Positions 54,201 to 64,000 of a stretch of 64,000 nt of DNA are shown here, one piece after another. Under the pieces are notes generated by a model. The model was not told where the DNA came from, made no database searches, and saw only the letters and a list, made by a program, of their open reading frames with translations. Source of the DNA: Antedon mediterranea (taxonomy: Eukaryota; Animalia; Echinodermata); assembly GCF_964355755.1 (NCBI RefSeq), contig NC_092672.1, positions 29,146,437 through 29,210,436 on the forward strand, given 5' to 3'. Position 1 is the first letter of the stretch; every line of letters starts with the position of its first letter. Both the position numbers and the translations under genes were made by a program.

Positions 54201-55733
54201 ACAAATTGATTCTGTCTTGCATTTGGCATAACGCAGGGGAAAAGCCCATGGTTTAGTAACCATGAGGAGCCCTCCAAGAGAGTTGCATTGCTTAAGCCTG
54301 GGCTTCTTACTGAAGCTCTGAGACCCTAGGTTTAGCGAGTGAGCGCTCATAGTTATACCACTGCTGTCTGGAACATTAACATAAAGATGAATGTCAATTG
54401 TTTCTTTGTACTTTACTTAAATAATAGTAATTTAATAATAAGTCAAATCAAACATATTGTCTGAAGCTACAGGTATGACCTGGCTCTGACTAGATTTCTT
54501 TAAAAATCTGGCTAGGCAAACTCGTAAACAGTCTGAATAGGTTATAATCCTGAATGGAATTAAAATTATACTTCTTTCACTCCTTAACAATTACTTTAGA
54601 CAATATCGAAAGCCATTTTTAATTCCTGGCACTACTCGTAGCCCAAAGGCTATGTAGAAAATACTTTTTATTTTTGGTTTCTGAAATACACTAAACGTCT
54701 TTTAAATATAGTAGAACTGTACCTTTGAGACCCAACAAAATGTCCATTTAAAAGGCGGTATTCCCTGCTTAGAAGTTGGTCTTGGTGTTAAAATCATACC
54801 CTGCCCCTCTTTTTTTCACAGTGTCATTTGTGCACAACAAATTAATAATTATTGTATTCCATGCATAGCTTACCTGGATAACCCACCATGAAGACATCTA
54901 ATAAACATAACATTCTTTAAACACCTCTCCTAAATCCAAGACAAGGCTCCAATTAATTTAATAAATGTAACTTATTCTGTATTCTCATAACAAAACAACA
55001 CACGAAAGGCAGATTAGGAAATAGAAGTTAGGAAAAAGGTATGGTGCCTCATCCACCTTATCCTTTCCTAAAAGTTGTTATTTTTCACTTTTCAAAAACA
55101 ATCTAGATATTATATAGCCACTATGTTGCTTTAAAAATGTTGAATCAGGGACATGCATGTCTTCCAGGAGAAAACTGAGATAACATAAAATTAATAGAGT
55201 TTTAGTTAATCGCCTTGTAAACAAGGAATTTTCTACATGCAAAAGTATGTACTTGAGATGTGAGATGAAAGAAAACGCTATAAAAGAGATTAGTCATTGT
55301 TGTAGAATAGGCCAAGGTTACATTGTAAAATATAGTATTTTAGGAAGGTATTCCAAACATTTATTGTTCTTGAAATACCAGCCTTTTTTGTTTAGTACAG
55401 TATATTGTAATCAGTAATCATGTTTTGTTCTGACTTCTGCGAAAAACTACAATACAGACAATCCTTTACTGTTAAAAGTTGTACTTTTAATGTACTCATA
55501 TTGTAGTACTGTATTAATTATTCACCATCTCTACCTTCTAGATACTGACACAGTATATTTGGGGATTATATTTTGTACTGTTAACTTTTTATCTATATCA
55601 ATTTTTTACGAACATAAAATTATGATAAAATTGATGATCTATTCTTTAATGATATAGTAACTACAAACAATTACATAAATTGTAGAAATTTGATATAAAA
55701 TCATGGTAATTTGGCCCAAATTGGGTACTCTAC

Positions 55734-56242
55734 AGGTAATAGGGAGGTTTCGCAACCTTACGAATACGATAACGAAAACGGATACGTCACACATTTGCGA
55801 AACTTTTGAGCTGATCCCCATTTCGTATTCGTAAAGCGTATTCGTGTTGACGAATATCACCAGTCATATTCGTAACTACAAAACGAGTATAGTTTTTATC
55901 TATTTTGCACATTTTGCATTTGAATCAGGAATGATTCATGATTATATATAATTATACTTTTATTGAAAGTAATTTACGAAAATGCCAGGTCAATTTTGAT
56001 AAATAGCAGTTTTTAAAGTCCTCGCTCGCTTTGATGTTACGCTAGGCCTAGGCAGCCAAGCACCAAGCAACACGTACCTGCGCTTCGCTCAAATTTACCG
56101 CAGTCATATTTTGGACGGCGCCATCAATATTTCGTTGCCATGCAAAACAGATTTTTACTGCCTTACGGAAAACGAATACGTGTGCGTGACGTATCCGTTT
56201 TCGTTATCATATTCGTAAGATTGCGAAAACTCCCTATTACCT
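55734..56242. mobile_element. MITE with ~60-bp TIRs
   Basis: AGGTAATAGGGAG...GGATACGTCAC is inverted with about 4 mismatches in 60 bp. The superfamily is unresolved. Confidence 0.85.
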
Positions 56243-56445
56243 ATTAAAGTAAAATCAACCCCAAAATTGTATTTTGTATTATAACATTTGCAAATATCAT
56301 TTCGGGTTTCCTCTACAAAAAATAATAATATTCTTATTCAATTAAAATTACCCCAAGATGGGAAGGAGATAAAAATATACATATCTTTAAAATCATGTCA
56401 AAGCTATTCTACCGCAGTTACTGCAATGCATTACCGTAATGCGGT

Positions 56446-56446
<1 letters not shown>

Positions 56447-56477
<31 letters not shown>

Positions 56478-56810
56478 CAGTATTTATATAGCGCCTAATG
56501 GATCACTGACCCCTCTACATGTAGGTGCTTTACATTAGACCTTAACTAAGGGTAATAAACTATCCCCCGCCGGACACCATTCCGGTATTTCTTAGCCAAA
56601 GTTTCGGCGATGGAGACAATCAATAATGTGAAAAAAAAATGTAACTAAGCCTAACTATGCTTAACTAAGGTAAAACTATCCCCCGCCGGACACCATCCCG
56701 GTATTTCTGAGTCAAGGTTTCGGTGCCAGAATTAAGAATAGAGAGTAAATGAAGCATGCACAACTTAAGCTAGTGTTAAACTATCCCCCGCCGGACACCA
56801 TCCCGGTGTA
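56447..56810 (-). mobile_element. Retroelement 3' tail with three spaced ~30-bp repeats
   Basis: The minus strand ends GGCGCTATATAAATACTGT(TTA)n. AAACTATCCCCCGCCGGACACCATYCCGGT occurs at 56557, 56673 and 56778. Confidence 0.55.
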
Positions 56811-57976
56811 CCAAAAAAAACTAACTAGATAAAAGATTCAAAAGAGTAAATTATGAACATACTTAATAATGTGTGTTTCTGTAAATAAACTGACCTAGAA
56901 TAGATATAGTAATAAATGTTTTATTACGATAGCCGACAGACAGATAATAACAAGTTAGTACCTTTCATTTATATCTTGAAAACCGCTTTTAAGGTTTTTA
57001 TGAATGTTCTCTATAAACATGGTATACACAAGCTATAATGTTCAATTCAGATTATGGTTGATAATAAGTAAGGTTCTTATGACAATGATAATGACAATGA
57101 CAACTTCTTTTATTTTCTTTGTAAATAAAGTAGATAAATAAATGACAAAATTAACATTTATAGTTACAAAATTGATTTAAACAAAGAAAAGGAGAAAATT
57201 CTTGAAGCAGAATTGTTTTCTTCTGTGATCATGTTGTACTTTTTCACAGAATCATTTTTGATTGATTATTGTCTGAAATTTTTTCTAAAAATGGCTCTCC
57301 TGCTGTTTTTTTCCTTTTAATGTTCCTAAAATCTTTGCTTTCTCTAACATACTAATAACAATGTTTAGGGTGTCGTCCGTTTTCACTGATAGACTATCCA
57401 CACTGTAAAAAGCAGACAGTGATAGCAAATTAAACCTCTTGTGTACCCAAAAAAACAGAATTTTTTAATGATATACAAAATACCTATTTTCATCTCACAA
57501 ATTTGGTTTTACAAAATGGTATAGTATATAAAGTACTTTTAATGATCATCATTTCTGCTGGCAAAAATTGACTAGCAAATATTGGTATTCCTAAAACATT
57601 GTAAACACAGAATGAATTTTCTAGCAGAAACATGGCCTATGAAACCTCCACGCTATTTATAGCTCATGTTTTTGAAACCCTTTGGTAATGCTCAATAAAC
57701 CTCAAGAAAAAGATCCAAACTTGATATACCGTATATTACTACTTTATGTGTTCAAAACTGTCAAATTCTATGTAACTATTTATCTATCTGTGTCTATATC
57801 TAAGTCTGTGTTTAACCATGGTTTAACCACTTCAAAGACACACTCACTGGAACCAATGAAAGAGGAAGAAAAAGTCTCCAGAACTTCTATTTATCAAAGA
57901 GTACGTCATTTTAAAAGTGGAAGATACTGTAAGTCGTAAGAAAAATTATGAATTTAACTCTGATTTTTCTTTGCAG

Positions 57977-58098
57977 ATTTGGCGTTAAATTCTCCGGACT
58001 CACCTAAGCCAGAGCCTAAGCAAGGGGGTAAATCTAGGGATATAATAATTTACTGTCAAAGTCTGTCTTGTCCCCAGTCAGGCACACCTGCTGTTAAG
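57977..58098 (+). other. Candidate internal exon (122 bp), product unknown
   Basis: Strong acceptor TTTTTCTTTGCAG, donor AAG|GTTAGT, and an open frame LALNSPDSPKPEPKQGGKSRDIIIYCQSLSCPQSGTPAVK. No recognisable homology. Confidence 0.3.
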
Positions 58099-58231
58099 GT
58101 TAGTTTATGTCAACTTGTTAAATCATGTTTATTTGTTATGCAAAATAGAAAAAGAAAACACTGTAACATTCTTTGAGTTGTTATATCATGGAGGAAATAT
58201 ACAGACCTCCATATCAAACAATGAAATAAGA

Positions 58232-61200
58232 TTTATTAGTTATCCGCTTGGTATACCAAGCGGATAACTCCTTGTGATTGTATGAGATCAACAGTTTTTT
58301 TCTGTATTATTAGTTATCCGCTTAGTAGCGGATAACTCCTTGTAATCGTCCTGTTACTTTTTTTTTTTTTAGTGGATAACTCCTTGTAACTGTATGAAAT
58401 CATCTTTTTTTTTTTTTTTTTTTTCTGTATTATTAGTTATCCGCTTAGTAGCGGATAACTCCTTGTAATCGTCCTGTTTCATCAAATTTTTTTCCTGTAT
58501 TATACTTCTTTCTTTCTGTCATTTTTGTGCGTCGTGTTTCTCTAAAACTTGTAAACAGAACATATCGTAACTTTGTCAACATATCGAAATTTACGTGAAC
58601 TTGTGCACCTCCTATTTTTGAATGACGTCAGAGTTGCGCAACGTGACTTACGCGCGATTTTATGAATTTCAATGATTGATCATAGACTAAAAACCAAACA
58701 TAATTTTGTTTTGACACTTTGTGAAAATTTAAGTCATATCAAGCGCAAACTTTCTATGGATTAAAAATAGCATGTTTCACAAGAAGTTACGCGCGCACGC
58801 GCATTTAAAATTTTAGAAAGCGAAAAATCAACTTCTAATCAACTTTCTATGCGTTTCATGTCATTTTGAGCATGTCAAAAATTCCCACGCGCGCGAAAAT
58901 TTTTACGCACGCGGTGCACACGTAGCGTTAAAAACATATTTTTTTCGCGTGATTTATGTTTTTTCAGCCTTTTCTAGTAATGTTACCAAATTTTAAACAA
59001 TTTCGACTTAAAATTACGTCATACGAGCACGTCGAATTAGATAATTTGCACGCGTTTTTGGTGAAAAAGTTCAAAAATTCGTCAAAATTATGCCTATTTT
59101 TAAACATTCATAGATTCTAAACTACATGGGGAACTTTTTTTTAATTACATATTCTGGAGGTTGATGAGTTGTAGATATCGGATCATACATTAATATGGCT
59201 AACCGGACATTGTGACGTCATCGTATGGCCACGCGAATATAAAATATAGGATTTTTGTCTCTTTCGTCATAGCTCATCACATTTAATAGAGCGCATCTCC
59301 ACTTATTCGTTGTCCATTTTCACCCCGATTTTAATATATTCTAGGTCAATCAACTATCTTTTGCATGAATTTAAAATTTTTTAATTTTTTTAACGTCATC
59401 ATGCCTAAAAATTTAAATTACTTTGGTCATTAATTTCATCTTTACAGTAAATTTTAATCTGTTATAGCTCGTAAGAATAAAATGTGATAATCACGATTAA
59501 AACGTTTTCAGGAAGCTATTGTATTGTAGATACAAAATCATGTGAAAATTGTGCCAATCGAATGTTGTGACGTCATCATATGGCCAGTTATATAAAAAAA
59601 GTCGTATTTTCATCTTTTGCGTTATATTTCATTACATTTAAAAGAGCGCGCATCAATATTTCACGTATTCAAATTTCTTCTACACGTTAATATGTTGTTG
59701 CTGAGATAATTTCATTCTGAAATTTCTACTTTTGCATTTCATTTTGAAGCCGTCAAGATGTTAAAAATTACAATAAAATACGGGTCCCGTAATTTCACCT
59801 ATTTTACACTGTTTGTGATATGTATACAGATTGTACTGTGTATACTATGTATATGACACAAAATAACAGAATTCAGAAATAACATTTCATATTCTTCAGT
59901 TCAGGTCATAATGCCTTAATATTTTTCTGTGTGCAATATTCTAACGTATGACGTGCCCGTGGCGTTTGTCGAGCGGATAACTAACTCGTCAAAGTGACGA
60001 GTTTCATGTCTAGTTCTTTCTTTCTGTCAATTTTGTGTCTCGCGTATCTCAAAAACTTGTAAACAAAACATTTTATAACTTTGTCAACATGTGGGCATTC
60101 ACGTGAAATTGTGCACCTCCTATTGTGAATGACGTCATAATTGCGCAAGGTGATTTACGCGCGTTTTAACGAATTTCGCGTATTTAACATAGATCGAAAA
60201 CCATATAGCAATTTAAATTGAAACTTAACAAAAGTTTAATTTATATCTTGCGCTAACTGACTGTGGAAAAAAAATGGCATGTTTCACAAGAAGTTACGCG
60301 CGCACGGGCGTTTAAAATTTCAAAATGCGAAAAATCAATTTCTAATCAACTTTCTACGCGTTTCATGTCATTTTGAGCATGTCAAAAATTCCCACGCGCG
60401 CGCATATTTTTACTCGCACGGTCCGCACGTAGCGTTGAAAATAATTTTTTTTCGCTTGATTCATGTTTTTCCAGCTTTTTCTGGTAATTTTACCAACTTT
60501 TGAACAATTTTGACCTAAAATGACGTCATACGGGCACATCCAATTGGATAATTTACGTGCGTTTTTGATGAAAAAGTTTAAAAATTTGTCAAAATTCGTC
60601 AAAATTATGCCTTTTTTTAAACATTCATAGATTCTAAACTACGAGGTGAACTTTTTTTAAATTATATATTCTGGAAGTTGATGAGTTGTAGATATGGAAT
60701 CATGCATTAATATGGCTAATCGGACATTATAACGTCATCGTATGGCCACGCGAATATAAAATATAGGATTTTTATATCTTTCGTCATAGCGCATCACATT
60801 TAATAGAGCGCATCTCCACTTATCCGTTTTTTATTTTCACCCCGATTTTGATATTGTCTAGGTGAATGAACTATCTTTCGCATGAGTTAAAAATATTTTA
60901 ATTTTTATGACGTCATCATGTCGAAAATTGTAAATAACGTGGGTCACTTATTTTCATCTTTACAGTAAATTTCAATCTGTTATAGCTCATCAGAATAAAA
61001 AGTGATAATCATGATTAAAACGTTTTCTGGAAGCTATGGGATTGTAGATACGAATTCATGTAAACATTTTGCCAATCGGATGTTGTGACGTCATCATATG
61101 GCCAGTTGAATAAAAAAAGTTGTATTTTCATATTTTGCGTAATAGTTCATCACATTTAAAAGGGTGCGCATCTATATTTTACGTATTCAAATTTCTTCTA

Positions 61201-64000
61201 CACGTTAATATGTTGTTCCTAAGATAATTTCCTTCTGAAATTGCTATCTAAGTGTTTCATTTTGATACCGTCGCCATGTTAAAAATTGGAATAAATGGCG
61301 GGTCCCGTAATTTCACCTTTTCTACACTGTATGTAATATGTATGCAGATTATACTGTAGTGTTTGCATGTATACTATATGACACAAAATTGACAGAATTC
61401 AGCACTAACAGCATATCATATTCTTCAGTTCTTGTCATAATGCCATAATCTTTATCTGTGTAAAATATTCCAACGTATGACGTGCACGTGGCGTTTGTCG
61501 TGGTGCGGATAACTAACTCGTCAAAGTGACGAGTTTCATGTCTAGTTTTTTCTTATTTCTTTCTCCCTCATTTTTGTGTCTCACGTATCTCAAAAACTTG
61601 TAAACATAACATTTCATAACTTTGTCAACATATGGGCATTTACGTGAAGTTGTGCACCTCCTATTTTTGAACGACGTCAGAGTTGCGCAACGTGACTTAC
61701 GTGCGATTTTATGATTTTTTATGATTGATCATAGGCTAAAAACCAAGCATAATTTTATTTTGACACTTTCTGAAAATTTAAGTCATATCAAGGGCAAACT
61801 TTTTGTGGATTAAAAATGCCATGTTTTACAAGACGTTACGTGCGCACACGCATTTCTCCTCTATTTTTGTGTCTCGCTTATATCAAAAATGCGTAAACAT
61901 AACATTTCATAACTTTGTCAACATATGGGCATTCACGTGAAGTTGTGCACCTACTATTGTGAATGACGTCAGAAATGCGTAACGTGACTTACGCGTGATT
62001 TTATGAATTTCCCGTATTCAACATAGATTGAAAACCATATAACTATGTAAGTTGAAACTAGGCAAAAGTTTAATTTATATCTTGCACTAACTTTTTGTGC
62101 ACTAAAAATGGCATTTTTTAAACGAAGTTACGCGCGCACGCGCATTTAAAATTTAAAATGCGCAAAATTAATTTCTAATCAACTTTCTACGCTGATCATG
62201 ACATTTTGAGCATGTCAAAAATTCCAACGCGCGCGAACAATTTTACGCGCGTGGTCCGCACGTAGCGCTAAAAACATCTTTTTTTGCGTGAATTATCTCT
62301 TTCCAGCCTCTTATAGTAATTTTATCAAATTTTAAAACAATTTAGACTTAAAATTACGTCATACGAGCACGTCGAATTATACAATTTGTGCGTGTTTTTA
62401 AAGAAATAATTCAAAAATTCGTCAAAATTATGCCTTTTTTTAAACAATCATAGATTCTAAACTACAAGGTAAACTTTTTTTTACTTACATATTCTGGAAG
62501 GTGATGAGTTGTAGATATAGGATCATTAATCAATATGGCTAACCGGACATTGTGACATCATCGTATGGCCACACGAATGTAAAATATATGATTTTTGTCT
62601 CTTTCGTTTATTGCTCATCACAATAAATGGAGCGCATCACGTTTATCTGTATTCCTTTTTCTCCGAGATTTTAATATTGTCTAGGTCAATCAACTATCTG
62701 ATGCATGTTAAAAATATTTAATTTTTATGACATAATCATGCCTAAAAATTTAAATTACGTGTATACAGATTATACTGTGTACTTTAAAATGTATATACTA
62801 TATGACACAAAATAGACAGAATTTAGCACTAACAACATATCATATTCTTTAGTTCAGGTCATAATGCCATAATTTTTTTCTGTGTGCAACATTCCAACGT
62901 ATGACGTGCACGTGGCGTTTGTCGAGCGGATAACTAACTCGTCAAAGTGACGAGTTTCATGTCTAGTTCTTCTTTCCATCCTTCCTTTTTGTGGATCGCG
63001 TTTCTCTAAAATGTGTAAACATAACATTTCTTAACTTTGACAACATATGGGCATTTACGTGAAGTTGTGCACCTCCTATTTTTAAATGACGTCATAGTTG
63101 CGCAACGTGACTTACGCGCAATTTTATGAATTTCAATGATTGATCATAGATTAAAAACCAAAAGTCATTTAGTATTGACACTTTGACAAAATTTAAGTCA
63201 TATCAGGGGCAAACTTTCTACGGATTAAAAATGGCATGTTTCACAAGAAGTTACGCGCGCACGCGCATTTAAAATTTCAAAATGCGCAAAATTAATTTCT
63301 AATCAACTTTTTATGCGTTTCTTGTCATTTTGAGCATGTCAAAAATTCCCACGGGCGCGCAATTTTTTACGCACGCGGTGCGCACGTAGCGTTAAAAACA
63401 TATTTTTTTCTCTTGCATTATATTTTTCAAGCCTTTCCTAGTAATTTTGAAAACAATTTAGACCTTTTCCAATTTAAATAACACCATACGAACACGTTGA
63501 ATTAAACATTTCATGCGCGTTTTTTATGAAAAAGCTTAAAAAATCGTCAAAATGTTGTCTTTTTTTAAACAGTCATAGTTTCTAAAGTAACATTGTGACG
63601 TCATCGTATGGCCACACGAATGTAAAATATAGGATTTTTGTCTCTTTCGTTATTGCTCATCACATTCAATGGAGCGAATCACGCTTATCTGTATTCCTTT
63701 TTCTCTTACATTTATATATTGTGTAGGTCAGTCAACTTTCTTTAGCATGAGATAAAAATATTTAAATTTTTATGACGTCATCATGCCTAAAAATTTCAAT
63801 TACGTGGGTCATTAATTTCATCTTTACAGTAAATTTTATTCTGTAATAGCTCGTAAGAATAAAATGTGATAATCACGATTAAAACGTTTTTTGGAAGCTA
63901 TTGGATTGTAGATACGAATTCATGTAAACATTTTGCCAATCGGATGTTGTGACGTCATCATATGGCCAGTTGAATAAAAAAAGTTGTATTTTCATATTTT
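58232..64000 (+). mobile_element. Array of ~1.5-kb non-autonomous Helentron/HINE-like elements (continues past the window end)
   Basis: 5' palindromic sub-TIR AGTTATCCGC...GCGGATAACT heads. 3' ends consist of GCGGATAACT, the hairpin ACTCGTCA-AAG-TGACGAGT and CTAG|TT, ending at 60013, 61545 and 62966. Confidence 0.85.

Noticed and set aside
56557-56810. CRISPR-like repeat-spacer pattern
   Set aside because: The context is eukaryotic, there are only three repeats, the spacers are long and partly homologous, and there are no cas genes.

Overview
AT-rich animal (eukaryotic) genomic DNA, probably a marine invertebrate (inferred from the repeat types and receptor family; no prokaryotic features). 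The only clear protein-coding content is a cluster of intronless histamine H3/H4-like aminergic class A GPCR genes at 23-35 kb. It has one intact 410-aa gene (33314-34546, minus), two frameshifted paralogs in a head-to-head inverted duplication, and one internally deleted relic. The rest is transposon-derived: MITEs of Kolobok, piggyBac and Harbinger type, a complete non-autonomous Helitron, a Helentron/HINE-like array, LINE and SINE remnants, and minisatellites. The most notable signals are: (1) a dense, regionally bounded field of TACTGTA/TACAGTA motifs matching Tc1/mariner excision footprints; (2) a set of 4-36 bp CA...TG hairpins flanked by 7-bp direct repeats, resembling P-element excision scars; (3) a 'heads first, bodies after' Helentron array that looks like serial nested insertion; (4) two GPCR paralogs shifted independently into the same alternative C-terminal frame. 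Coordinates were read by eye and may be off by a few bases; no database searches were run.
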